Source of the DNA: Entomortierella parvispora E1425 | Taxonomy: Eukaryota; Fungi; Mortierellomycota | NCBI GenBank assembly: GCA_020891255.1 | Contig: BQFW01000015.1 | Coordinates: 1,798,001-1,862,000 of the forward strand | DNA: 64,000 nt | Reading direction: 5' to 3' | Shown: in pieces, positions 1-16,440 of the stretch | Layout of the letters: each line of letters starts with the position of its first letter | Position numbering within the stretch: position 1 is the stretch's first letter | The notes under the pieces: generated by a model | Databases searched by the model: none | Seen by the model: only the letters and a program-made list of their open reading frames with translations | Told to the model about the DNA's origin: nothing | Made by a program: the position numbers and the translations under genes

Positions 1-2378
1 TCCTCGGACCAAGGGCAAACCCGTCGCAAATCTCTAGAAGGCGGACGACGGGAAGAGCGGACTCATGTCAGAAGAGACACCGCGGGCTATGTGGAGGATA
101 TCATCCGAGTTTTGGACCCAGCGGCTGAATTCGCGATCATCGATAATCACTTTGCGATCCCAGTGCTTACAAAAGAAGAACGTGCCAAGGATGAAGGGTA
201 AGAAAAGGGTCAATTGGTGTGCTATAGGCATACGGCCTTTTAAAATATCTTTTTGTTAACATTCTCTGGCAATGTTGATAGCTCTCTTGCCAAAATGCGA
301 GTCCGCGTACGAGACTTCACAGTCTCCTGGCGACTCTATGATGGCCTGGACTGGGAAATTTCAAGACTGGATGAGGCAGAGCGCAAGCGACAGGCTCGAC
401 AACTCGCCAACCGGCTCTATGACCCGAACGACATTATCCATCAGACCATGGATAGTGCTCAGTCGAACCTGGAGGCTAGTATTTTCGAACGTCTGTCTGG
501 AATGCAACCCGGCTCTTCGGATCGTCAGAGCCGAAGAGATCTCTCGCCTTCGTCTTCAGAGGCAGATTCAACCAGTGATTACCAAAATGATGCCATGAGT
601 CAAGTCAGCGGTATGGGTGGAGGTCGTCCTTCGTCGACGTCTTCAGTCTCGGGAAGTAAACGCCATCAACCCCCGCAGCACCATGGCGGCAGTAGGCACC
701 AAGACACCAATCCAGCGGGTCAGAAACGGAAAAAGAAGTTTGAGCGATCCAAGGCAGCGATGCTCGAGTTTAACGCGGATAAAATCCGGGTCGACTTTGA
801 GGATCATGTCGCAGGGGTCGAAACGGCCTCTCATCTGTCTGTGCGCGTCAAGCAGTTTGAGATCATTGATAACCTCAAGACTTCACTGTGGCACAAATTC
901 TTGTCCCATCAGCGAACAGACTCCAGCACTGCAACTCCAAGGTTGACTCAGTCGAATATGATTCGCATTGATCTCGACGGTGTTCGCCCTGTTGTGAGCG
1001 CCTCAACGGTCGAGTACCGACTCAAGGTCCGGATCCTGCCTCTTCGTCTATACATTGATCAAGACGCACTCATTTTCTTGATCAGGTTCTTCGTGCAGGG
1101 AACTGCAAATGGCGGTACTGCTGCCGGCACACCCACGGACGAATACCCTCCAGAAGGAATGGCTGCAGCCCTGGACAATACTGAAAAGAAGAAACCAAAC
1201 GAGCTGTACTTCCGTAAGTGAACAATGAGAGATATTCATACGCGTCTTTTCAATGTACCAGAGCTGGAGTGTCATAGATATTTACTTGACTTTTCTCTTA
1301 TTGCCTTCTCATAGAATCTGTCAATCTTGGTGAGATTGCAATCAAGATGGACTACAAGCCGAAACATGTGGACTACACTGGACTGTCTGGAGGCAACTTT
1401 GTGGAGCTGATGAACTTCTTCCATCTGGACGCAGCAGAGATGACGCTTCAGGAGGTGCGACTCCATGGCATCAATGGATTTTCAAAGTTGGGTCACGACC
1501 TTATTGGAGCGTGGCTACCCCATATCCGATCGACTCAAGTTCCCCATATGGTCTCGGGTCTAACGCCCATCCGTTCTTTGGTTAACCTGGGATCTGGAAT
1601 TGCCGATTTGGTGCTATTGCCTATTGAGCAGTACAAGCGAGATGGACATATCATTCGTGGGCTTCAAAAGGGTGGACAAGCTTTTACGCGCGCCACAACA
1701 TTGGAGGCTCTCAAGATTGGCACCAAACTCGCCGTCGGCACCCAAGTCCTATTGGAACATGCAGACGAGATTTTTGGATCTGGGAACAAGGCTGGTGTCA
1801 GTGGCGGTAGCTCTAGCTCGGGTTCCAATTCTAAAGCAAGACAGGACGGCAATGGTGGATACTTGATCGATGTCGGCGGTGATTATGGCAACGGTAAGAG
1901 AATGGTGGCAACAATGGTCTCGGATTCCGAGGCCTATATGCAAGAATCGATCGACGATGAAGACACACTCCTTCAACATCTACATCAGCAACAGCAACAA
2001 CAGCGACTTCAACAACATGGTGCTTCTTCTTCTTCCGGAGCGGGATCATCCTCAGCTGGTGGAACATTACAACAAAACAGAGTGAGCAAGTACGCGAACC
2101 AGCCCGCAGATCTAAATGAGGGCATGGAATTGGCCTACAAGAGTCTGAGCAAGAATATTGGCACGGCGGCCCATACCATTTTTGCGGTTCCCATGGAGGT
2201 GTATGAGCGGACGGGAACCCAAGGATCGGTTCGAGCCGTGATTCGAGCTGTCCCCGTGGCGGTCCTGAAGCCAATGATTGGAGCCACAGAGGCCTTCTCC
2301 AAGGTCTTGATTGGCATCCGGAACAGCATCGATCCGGCGCAGAGGCTGCAAATGGAGGACAAATATAAACGGCAGTAG
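1..2378 (+). CDS. ATG2: Autophagy-related protein 2, C-terminal part (5'-truncated; exons <1-197, 282-1213, 1315-2378)
   Basis: Contains VRILPLRLYIDQDALIFLIRFF, DYKPKHVDY, ADLVLLPIEQYKRDGHIIRGLQKG and NKYANQP-like VSKYANQPADL, all typical of the ATG2 C-terminus. Introns 198-281 and 1214-1314 are GT-AG and in phase. Confidence 0.93.
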
Positions 2379-2648
2379 TGTAGCTAGCATTGTTTTTTTC
2401 TGCCCTTTTTTTTCTTTTTTTTTTTCCCTTTTTTTTTGTGAAGATATACAATGGCTGCAACCAACGACTCGCACAAGCATATGGTCCAACCGGGTCGACA
2501 TCATACAAATAAACCAGAGATCAGTAGCTTTTCTTTTTTTTTTTTGTTGCTGTTATTGTACGTGTTTGGTTTAATGATGCAGAGTGTGTAATGCAGAGAA
2601 TATGTGGGGGGTAAAATGACGACTGAAAGCAAGAAAAGAGGATTGCTT

Positions 2649-4227
2649 TTACTTGCGTCCCTTGCCCTTGTTGTTGCCCTTACGACCAAGGTTACGTTTA
2701 CTCCGATCAAAGTCTGTCCGTCCCTTCTTGGTTCTCTTTGAAGGATCCGACATGAGGCCATCAAAGAGCTCTCCACCGTCATGAGATCTCTTGTTACGAT
2801 TCCTGTGCGAGCCCTCATCCTCATCATCATCACTATCGCGCGCCTGAGCTGCCTGTCTGCGCTCGTTACGGCGTGCCAACACATTCCTGCGACGTTGCTC
2901 GCTCGACTCGAGATCGTCTTGCAAAGGAGCAATTTGAGAAAAGTCGTTCAAGTTCTAATAAAGAAGGATGCGGAGAGAAAATATAATTTAGATTTCCAAA
3001 AAAAAAAAAAAAAAAAAAAAAAAAACAGACAATAAGAAATGGCTCGCCTTGGTCTCCTTTCATGACAGAGAACACGATAGGAAAAAACGGCATGATGCTT
3101 ACCTCAAACTCATTCTCAAAGTGAGGAAGAGTGCCCTTCCGCAAACGATTGATCTCCTTCTTGGACAACATGGTTCTTGTAAAGTTGGTCTCTTCATACT
3201 CCTCACGTTCACGCTGCTTCTCGTCCATGCCCATACCGAAATGCACTCCATCGTTTGTCAAAGACATCTCCTCGGGACGATCATCAAACTCGGAAACCAA
3301 ATCCTTCATCACTCTGGACTTGGCCGCACGGGCCTGCAGACGAGCCTGGTACTTGAGTCTCTTGGCCGCAGCACTAGAATCCTCCTCGAAATGGACAGGA
3401 GCCATCTTGGGGGCTCTGTACAATCCAGTCTTGCCTTCTCCATCCCTGTCCTCGTCCTGTCCCTCCTCATCTTCGTTGTTGGCAGAGTTATCCATAACCA
3501 AGTTCTTGGGGTTGGGCTTGAATGCCAATGGATCAGCACCTAAAGATAAAAGAAAAGTATGTGTGTTAATATCAGGTGGAGGTACCCTTGTCCTTTTTTT
3601 TTTGGCTTCCTTTTCTTCCTCTTTTATAAAGAGCAAGATTCCTAGTCATCCCTGCGACGATTATTATGGTTGTACCTTCAGCGTTCATCTGTGCCTCTCC
3701 CTCCTGTTGACCAACAACGGCAGCACGGACCAGCTTATCGATCTGGTACTTCAACTTTTGTTCCACGGGCTTCATCTTTTCCAGAATCGTTCTCTGTTCA
3801 ATCAAGGCCAAGACGGCTCCATGGTCCTGGATCGATTCGCCGTTCAATTTCCTGTACATGAGCATGGACAAGTTGGTGATGTATTCCAACAGGATATGGT
3901 ATTTCACTTCCAGGAACGAAAGTCCCTTGGATGTATCAATCTCTTTGGTTCCGACCCTAGAAAGAGGAAAAAGAAAAGGGAAGGACCGAGGAAGAGAGGG
4001 AAGAAAGCATTTGGGGTGTTGGTCAAAGGTATTCTTCTTCTTTAGAACGCGACCTCTCTTTCCGGCATTCTTTTTGAGATGCTCCATTACTTTGAGATGG
4101 TGGGCTTCAGCTTGTTCTCAATTTCCTTGACCATGGTCGAAAGTTCCTTGAGGTGTTTTTTGAAGGCGACCTGATCCTGATGCAAAGCCTCAGAGGCGGC
4201 ATCTGCTGCTGTCTTGGAGGGGCTCAT
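2649..4227 (-). CDS. LCP5: Lcp5/neuroguidin, Sas10/Utp3/C1D-family SSU processome factor (exons 4227-4091, 3956-3676, 3539-3103, 2954-2649; 386 aa)
   Basis: Contains KGLSFLEVKYHILLEYITNL, LIEQRTILEKMKPVEQKLKYQIDKL, GLYRAPKMAPVHF and REEYEETNFTR. The spliced length of 1161 nt is in frame. Confidence 0.9.
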
Positions 4228-4671
4228 TTTCTTTTTCGCCCAATTGTATGAGTCAAGGGGGAATATAGAGGAGGGTAGGGGGGGGGGGGTGGATTCCGGT
4301 TTCGTTCGTCGTTAGTTGCTGTGTTCGGGGTGTGTAGGTTCAAAGACAAAGAGTCGATGGAGAGATGTCGAGCGGAAGCTTTTACAGAGAGAAACAGAGA
4401 AGAAATGCGTCCATGTGCATTCATTTCAAAGGTTCAAAAAAAAAAAAGAAAAACATTTGTTTACATATGTGACTGTCATCCGTCAATTCAGGTCCAGGAG
4501 TTCGAGCAAGCACAGATTTTATTACAGCGAGAAAGAAATATGAGAGATGAATGTTGTAGAGGGGGGTAACATGATATTGGGTGTATGGGTGAAGGTAAAG
4601 TGCGGGACAGGTACAGGCTTTTTGGATATATAGGATGCATTCGATAGACACAGAAAGACGACTCTTTTTGT

Positions 4672-6031
<1,360 letters not shown>

Positions 6032-6200
6032 TATGGACGATGGTGGTGAAAATGAAAGGAGTGATGTGGGGCCGAGTCGGTGGGTTTCCGTTTGATGTGC
6101 TTTTATAGTTCTCCTGACGATGGATGAGGCTGATGCAATGAGCAGGTTCGTGCAAATGGGCCTGGCCTTTGAATACCACAAAAAAAAAAAAAAAAAAAAA

Positions 6201-6240
6201 TGTTTACTTGTGACTTCTCCCAATCTCAAAAGTCACGTGA
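6201..6240. promoter_or_regulatory. Candidate DIM1 upstream element: forkhead motif TGTTTAC (6201-6207) plus E-box TCACGTGA (6233-6240)
   Basis: Exact consensus matches 170-210 bp upstream of the DIM1 ATG, flanked by an A-tract. Function is not shown. Confidence 0.35.
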
Positions 6241-6677
6241 TTTGGCATGTTATTAGAAAGACCAGAAAGAGGGTTTGAGAAAAGGAAAGCGGACATAAAC
6301 TACAGAAAGGTAGGGAGAAAGAAAAGGAGGGTACAAGCGAAGAGTGAAATGAGCTATTTTTTGAGAATTTTTTCCATCAGATTTTTTTTGTGTGTGTTGG
6401 CGACAGACATTAAATGTTGGTTCCGGAGGCAACCTTTGTCTCTTTTTTCTTTTTTCTTTTGGTATGTTGAGGGTTCCGGGAGGGCGGCACTCCTGACTGA
6501 AATAAGACTGGATATAAAAAGAAAAAAAAGGGACGATGCAAGAATGCGAGGAGAGGAGCTAAGACAGATACAATGAAACGAAACAAAGAGGAAAGAAAAC
6601 AAACTCCTTCCCCTAGACTGAACAACGTAACATGGAGAGTGACCACCTATACGGTTGGACCACCCTCTCAGATGCTA

Positions 6678-8919
<2,242 letters not shown>

Positions 8920-9839
8920 GGATATGGATTGATACGGCTGTCTGCTCCTCTGAAGTTGCAAAGGATGGGTATACGGAAAGACTTTGTTTGTGTTTTTTTG
9001 ATCGCAACTGAAGCTGTCCTGGTAGACTGGGGGAAGAGACAGAGATGATGTCGCAGGAGAGAAGGGGAGCACAAGAGAGAAAGATCAGAGGGTTAGCAGG
9101 GGTTGTCGTGCCTTGACAAGAATGGGGAAGGTATGGGACCTGAAGAGGAGATTGAACACAGTGCAGAAAAAAGGAGAAAAAGGGGGTTGGAAATAGGGTG
9201 CACAACGAACAAGAGGCCAGTACAAAAAAAGAGAGAGAGAGAACAGGTCAAGCAAAGTGAGGGACGGGAGGGAAGGAGATGGATAAGGTTGGGAGCGTTG
9301 CACTTGTCTGCTTTGCGTTGGGTTCGTTTTGGCAAGGGGGAATGGGAGCAAGGGGCGGGGGAACAAGAACGAACCAAGAAAACAAAAGAAAACAAGAAAA
9401 AAAACACGAGAGAAAAGGTCGGGGTGGAATAATTGATGCACAGTAAGCAGGCAGACGCGTTTCTTTGTCGATTGTCGTGTTGATGTTGTTGTTATGGTCG
9501 CCCTGATATTGACGCTGCCGTTGCTGCTGTTGCTGTTGCTGATGCTGTTGTTGTTATTGTTGTTGATGTGTGTGTGTGTGTCGCTGTTATTACTGTTGCT
9601 GAGGATGCTGCTGGGAATGCCGATAGTTTGGAGTTGATCCAAATACAACAAAGAATCCGTTTTCAAGGTTGAAGTTGTATTATCAAAGTAAAGCTTCAAT
9701 GGACAGACACTGCACGAAATAAAAGTGTAACAAGAGTTGGTTTGAGTAGTAGGGACGCTGTTGGGCCCTACCAGAACTACTTCTGTCTCCTTTCCTGATA
9801 TTGAGGGCTGTCGATTATAAATGAGTGAGAGTGGTTGGA

Positions 9840-10830
9840 GAAAAGAAAAGAAAGCAGGGAATCCAGCGGCAAAAGGAAGGGAAGAAAGAGAGGGGAGAGA
9901 GTGATGGGAGAGGGAGGGGAGGGGAGGGGAGGGGGAGGGACAAGAGTGTTCTCGAGGTAGACTGGAGGGACAAGGGGAGGGGAAGAGGGAAGAGGGAAAA
10001 GAGGGAAGAGGAGGGAAAATATAAAAAAAAAGAGGGAAATGCAAGTCGTGGCGAGAGAAGGGCGGGAAAATAGAATAAAAACAAACGGTACCTGGAGGAA
10101 TCAAGGTGTCAGCGCGTTGTCGTGCTGTTGTTGTTGATGTTTTGTTGTTGCTATTGCTGTTGCTGTCACTGTTGTTGTTGTTGTCGTTGTTTCTATCAGT
10201 ATTCTTGTTTTGGTGGGGGAGATGAGATTGGTTGAGGAAAGCGGAGAGGAGAGGAGAGAGCAGGAGATGAACACCCGGACGAGGATCGACGGAAGCGAGT
10301 GCGGGGATGGGGGGGTGGAGAGAGTGTGGAGAGCAGAGAACTGGGTGGGAAGGGACAGAGAGAGGAGAAACCGAGAAGAGAGAGAGAGAGGGGGGGGGGG
10401 AAGAGAGAAGTGGAGATTGACAGAGAAGTGAGAAAAGGAAAGAAGAGAACGAAGGAGGGAAAGGGAAAAGGAAAAGGACGAAGGATGAAGGAAGGCAAGA
10501 GCGGACAGAAGGAGGGAAGAGAAGAGAAGGGAAGGGAAGGGAAGGGAAGGGAAGGGAAGGAAGAGAAAAGAGGGGAAAGAAGAGAAAGAGACGAAAAGGA
10601 AGAGGGAAGGGCCAGTTGTATGAAGAGGACAAAGACAACGACAAGGACCACGACGACGATGACAATGAACCAAAAAGAAAGACTAAAGGACTGAAGGACT
10701 GAAGGACCAAAGAAACGCAGAAGACAAAAAGAGGAAAGCGAATGAATGAATGGGCGGCAGACAGAGACAGACAGAGAGAGAGAGAAGAGGCAACGAAAAA
10801 AGACTAAAAAGAAAGAAAGAAAAAAAAAAA
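9840..10830 (+). repeat. Purine-rich low-complexity region with GA/GGA/GGGA mirror repeats, including (GAAGG)7 at 10526-10560 and a G-rich tract at 9906-9938
   Basis: Read directly: long near-pure A/G stretches on the + strand, interrupted by a TGT/TGC-repeat block around 10120-10210. Confidence 0.85.
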
Positions 10831-11340
10831 GAGAGTTGTGCGCGCGTGATTTGAGTGGGTGCACAACCAACCACGGCCTCGATTGGGCTGGCTTGCCGTG
10901 CCCTGTCCTGGCCTGCCTGCCTCTGGGTGGACAGATGGAGAAAGGCCTCCATTCATTCGCCTGCCGGCCGGATTGAATTGGTCAATGGGTGAATGAATAC
11001 GACCACGCCCGGCGAGAGTAAACAGAGTTGGGGTATTGAGAGGGCCATGAGAGGGCACAATGGGAACACAAGAAATCTTTTTTTTTTTCTTCTTTTTGCT
11101 CCGCCTTGGCAGGCAGGAAGACTGGCTGGGCTGGCCTGGCATGGCTGGTTCGCTGACGGCTCTCCCTGTCTGCAAAGAGACGCAGACAGGGAAGGACTGC
11201 TGGCCTGTCCGTCTGGCTCGCTCGAGGCTCGGCATCCCATTGCCACCTTGCAGAATCTGCTTCTGGACCGCTTGCTCTCTATCGATCAATCAACCGTGGA
11301 AAATTAGACTTGCCCCATCTTTCCTCCTTTGGCTCCTTTT

Positions 11341-11359
11341 CTCTCTCTCTCTCCTCTCC

Positions 11360-11402
<43 letters not shown>
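11341..11402. repeat. (CT)n microsatellite
   Basis: About 60 bp of nearly pure CT dinucleotide. Confidence 0.95.
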
Positions 11403-11405
<3 letters not shown>

Positions 11406-14400
11406 ACTCGCTGTGTTGCAGTTGCATAGAGAACAGAACATCGGTCCTCCTGGTACCTTCTCCTTCCCTCCCCCTTTTTGCCTTCTCATACTCTGGTCCT
11501 GCATGGCCCTGAAAGAACAACAATACAGAGAAAAAAATAAACATCAACAAACCAAATGACAACAATAACAACACGACAACAATAACAACAGTCAAAGGAG
11601 AGAGAGAACAGCGATGCATTCGTGCAAAGACCCTGGATTCTGTGCCGCGTGGCATTAATATCTCTCTGGCTGTTGTTACTTGCGTCAAGCCAAGGACTGT
11701 CTACCAAAGTCACTCCCGGATCAAACCGTTACTTGGTCTTCCACTCCAGGCACCTCTATTTTTTATATTCCCTTTTTTCCTTCGTGAGACGCCCCCTCTT
11801 CCCCTATCGAGTGCGGGACGCGTTAAAAAAAATCTCCCGCCACACGGTAATGGCCAGATCTGTTCGGATCTTTTTATTCCAACTTTCAATTCGTATTGTA
11901 GATCTTAAAATGAATAGGCGGCGTGCCATGATTTGTAGACAAAGCACAAAGATAAAAAAAAATCGTGCCGTGTGACAACTGTTTGGAGAATAGACCAGAG
12001 TAGGGGGGAGCACAAACGGGGGGTTCATCATTTTCGCTAAAGAGTGGAGAAAAGCAAATCATGCAGATGTGGCAAATGGTCCACAGAGTGAGCGACGTCC
12101 GTGAGCATCTCGGGTTAGCCAGCCAGCCAGCAGACAAGGATTGAGAGCCAAAACTGTGAGGGATAGAGCAAGGAAGGAGACAAGAAGAAGCAATGAGAGC
12201 AAAGCTTATTGCGGGATGAGAGCACCGAATCTGTAGCCTTGGTCAATGGACTCTTAGTGCAGTCCTGAATGCAGTCAAGCAGGCTCTGATCCCCCGATCG
12301 AATAGGTCGACAGCAGGGGCGGGTCCCAAGGGAGCGCGGTGACCACCGCAGCTAATCCTGCCATGGCGCTCGCGTGGGAGAGAATGTCATCAGCCGCGCC
12401 ATCCGACCACAGGAACCATCGGGGTTTTTTTCTGGAGATTTGCAGCCCCGATAACGCGCGTCAGTCGCAGGGGAGTGAGGATCTGTGCCCACACTCTCCT
12501 CCATGCAGCCACCAAAAAGCCACGCCTTCTCTCGCATGGCTGGCACCCTTACGTTACAGATGCACGCGCGTGTGAAATGCGATAAGGTCCTGGTCCAATC
12601 TTTGCGGAACAAGCATCCTTCAGCTGCCCATCTATAATCTGCATTTTGTAGAATAAGCCTGCTTTATGAAAGCTCATCGCAATGGTTCTTGGATGAACTG
12701 AAAATTTAGCAACAAAACATACACAAACAGTCTAAATGCCATCCACAAGGAGACATCTAGGTGTCAACAGAAAACACGTCCGTGAACTCACCCAATGCTG
12801 TTAAATTAAAGATGGCGACTGCGTCCAGACAACCTGGCTTGGCTCATATAACGACACCAGACGGACACAGATCGCGTGGGGACAGACACAATAAACAACA
12901 AAACACAGCTTCAACACCGAGTCCAGGTGCAACCACAACAACAGCAACCAGTGCACAACAAAAGACACCAGAGAAGGAATTGGTGGCGACTTCTCTCTTC
13001 TTTTCTCGCCCTTCCTCGTTCCCGACGCAATTGTTTTTCAGACTATTGCCTGCAAGGAGGGTGTGCGTGCCTGAGAAACTGTCTGGGTCAGCAGTACTGC
13101 AGTATTTTGTTGCGTGCATTCTTAAATGCAGGGACAAACATGACTCTTCATACAGTGCTTTTATTTTGATTGCTGTGGTTGTGGTTGATGGTGATGACGA
13201 TATGTTGTTGTTGTTGTTGTTGTTGTCTCGTGGCAGTCAATACTGTTCATGTACCTGCAGCTTTCATCCATCCAAAGATCTGTCACTTGATGTACTATTG
13301 CCTGTGCCTGAAATGCCACCTTGATCATTGATACTGACCAAATGATCTTTTCTGCCGCGAATGTTCTTTTTGTCCATGACTAATTCCAATTGACATTTAC
13401 CCTACCTAAATGTGCATGTTAGATGTGGTTCAAGGGAACGATTTTTTTTTATCTCTTCCCTTCAAAGTTACGTTGTAGCGGGCAGGTATCCAACAAGCTA
13501 CAGGACTTTGACCTTTTTCAGTAGGCTTAATTGAGTAAGCAGGGGAGGGGTGCGCAAAGGGGAGGGGTGCGCGGCAACGCCAGCTCTCGCTGCAGGCTCA
13601 GAATGGAAGTCATCGACCGAGCCCAGGCCCAGGGCAGACGCAGGGCTCTCCAGCGCTGCATTATCCATTTTTGTTGTCTCTTGGTTGCCCAACCTTTTTT
13701 TTTTATTTTCTTTTTGGCTTGTCTTCTACTCCTCGGGGAGGGCTGTGAAAAAAAAAAAAAAAAAAAAAAAAAAAGCGGGGACCACAACAATTGAAAGCGG
13801 AAACAAGAAAAGCTGAGGGGAAGAATAAGGGGTGGTGCTGAGGAAACAAAGAGGCCCTTGCGCTAAAGTCTTTCCGCCCATCCCACCAGCAGACTCTTTT
13901 TTTTAATCTGTCCGAAAACACAGACAGGAGTCACAAAGAGCATGTACGATGCACTTTATCAATGCAGACTCGGCATTTCGGGGAAGAAAAGATTCTTGAA
14001 TCCGCCCACGGATTTGTTCCTTTCCATTCAGTCCTTCTATTCATTTTTTATCCACTTGGACAAAGTGGACTTGCCTGCAGGAAACTTAATGAAGCACAAC
14101 CTGTTTCTCCTGCCCGTCACTCAGTGCACAACGAAATCCTTTTCTGGTATCGGCTCTTGTTTTTTGGTTCATATTTCTTTTTGTGCCTTTCGCTTTTGTA
14201 TGTTTCTACCCCACACGGCCTATATCCATTTTGGCTTACCCCACTTTGCTCAGTTTTTACGATCGTTCGAAGCAATTGCATCGGAACCCACCAAGTTTAG
14301 GCCAACTCCCGTTGAACTGCACCTGGAAACTCGGGATAGGGGGGGAAGGCAGAAAAGAATTGAACCCGACTCTGCTGGATAAAACGCAGTTAGTCCTCTT

Positions 14401-16169
14401 TGGTCCTGTCCTTTCACCATTTCTCCGAGCCTCTATTCGGAAGAGCACGCCCCAAAGTGACCCGGGCTTGTTGTCATGAGCTAGCTGAACATGCACGATG
14501 AGGGCCTTTTTTTTACTTTCGTTTTGCTTCTAATTGCCCGTGGTTGCACAAGACCAAGACTATGGAAGGCCGTGTCGCCTTTGGGATAGGACGGTATCTA
14601 AGGGCAGGGGAGAAAGAGGGACCTTTTGTCGCATCCTTGGTCAGAGAGTGATCAAGCGTGGCTGTGCGCGTTTTTCTAGGAGGGCCTCGGTTGAGTCGAT
14701 TTGCTCAGTCCGGGACATGGCGCTCAAAAAGGATTGGTGTCCCCTCCCCCCGCAAGTAAGACCGTGTCTCGGGTGAACACCCCGCTCTCTGTGTTGGACG
14801 CGTCGCTGTGTTTGAGAGCAAGAATGGGGACTCTTGTTACCTTGTGTGCAAAAAGGTCAACCGAATCCGGGGGGATCAACAAGGATGACAAAGACAGCGT
14901 AGTCATTGCCTCGTACCATCGAAAAAACTACTATTATTTTTTTTGTTTTGTTTCTTTTCTCTTTGAACTCATCGTGTCCTCTTATTTAGCTCCTTTCCCT
15001 CAGGACGTCTCCTGGAGTCAAGATGGGATCACTGCAGAAGAGGAGTCATACTTTATCATAGTCCTGCATGAGGGACGAAGCAGGGGTATGCTTTGGAAAC
15101 AGCACATTCCCGTCAGCGTGATGGGGCAATGAGAGAATATGTAGCGAGTGACCCGACTCGATCGCTCGCCCTGACTCAGAAGGCAAACCTCCTTCTCTTA
15201 CTCTCCCGTAAAGTCAGTCCCCAGGACGAATGTCCTCTGTTTTGGATCGAGCACTGTCCATGCTCTTACGTGGTTCCAGGCATGCCATATGAGGAACAAT
15301 CCATGCGCTGTTTTCTTTTCGTTGTAGACACTGCATGCAAACCAGCGCCCCTTCGCAAAGAGGCAATCAAGGGGTGACAGAGCAATGATTCATCACCATG
15401 AGGGACAGGCACAGATATTGGATCACCCAATGCCGGGCGTTATCTTATTCTCCCGTCGTCTACATCCTGTGTCCCCCTTCTCGATCCCCACTGCAAAGAG
15501 GCACAGGCGAGCTTTGTAAAAAGAGTTTATTAGCGCAGAAGTCATTGTTGCACTGCAGCTTAATCGTCATCATAGAAATCACTTTTTTTTTTGTGTTTCG
15601 TCACAAAGGGCAAAGCTGCCTGGAGAAGAGAGAAAGGAATTGAGGGAAAGGTGGATCGTCGGAGAGGAGGTGAAAAAAAGCTTGTTGGTCAGCCACGTGA
15701 AGTAACCCCGCTGGAGAGAAACAAAGATGGTGTTACGTACATGGAAGGCTACATACCATGTCCCCTGGTCGGACTGTGCAAAAAAGCATGTACCCCCGGT
15801 CGGGTGCCGAACCAGAAGCGTGTCTTTGTGTCCCCCCCATCGTTTCGTTTGCTGGCGGAGAGAATAACACGCTGACATGCAGGATCACGTCAACAGAACG
15901 AAAGATAAAAAAAAAAAAGAGACACGGTAGCAACCAAAAAGAGGTCTCCATCTTGCAGTGCCAAATGCAGTTACAACGGCGGATGCGGTGCCCAGATGGT
16001 GGATAACTGCGTTTTTTTCCCTCCCTTGCTTCTAATTGATGATGTTTGCTCCCCTCCTCCACTTTGCCTCAGCCGTCCTCTCTCACGGTCGACATTCGCT
16101 CCTCTGTTTCGACGTTTGTTATCTGTCATTGACAATTCCTTGACCCTCCTTAGTCTGACTGCCAGTCCC

Positions 16170-16178
16170 TATATATAA
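16170..16178 (+). promoter_or_regulatory. TATA box upstream of the orphan gene at 16441
   Basis: TATATATAA followed by a C/T-rich leader, about 265 bp before the ATG. Confidence 0.55.
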
Positions 16179-16440
16179 GTGCCTCCCTTAGCAACAGTTC
16201 CCCCTCCCAAATCGCACAACCACCACACTACGCCCACTAGCTCTGCGTAGCCCGCATTCCCGCGAGTTTAGTTTCACTCCTCACCACTTCCTCTGGTTCA
16301 CTTCTTCCACCCACCATCGTCAACCACCACCTCCTCCCACCAACCTCTCAAACTTTTGTCCTCAGCAATTCACCTTTTCCTCCTCTTGACACCAACTCTT
16401 CATTTTGACCGTGTGTACTGTACATTCAAAACGGAGACAT

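Noticed and set aside
2998-3025. Long homopolymers (A28 here, A27 at 13748-13774, T24 at 40559-40582) as retroposon tails
   Set aside because: No adjacent element body or target-site duplication; such runs occur throughout introns and spacers.
9085-10710. 541-aa minus-strand ORF rich in S/F/L/P
   Set aside because: The strand is almost all pyrimidine, so stop codons are rare. It has a non-ATG start and no domain.
12761-13324. 187-aa ORF in the intergenic region
   Set aside because: GTG start, low complexity, runs into a TTG microsatellite, and no splice or codon-bias support.
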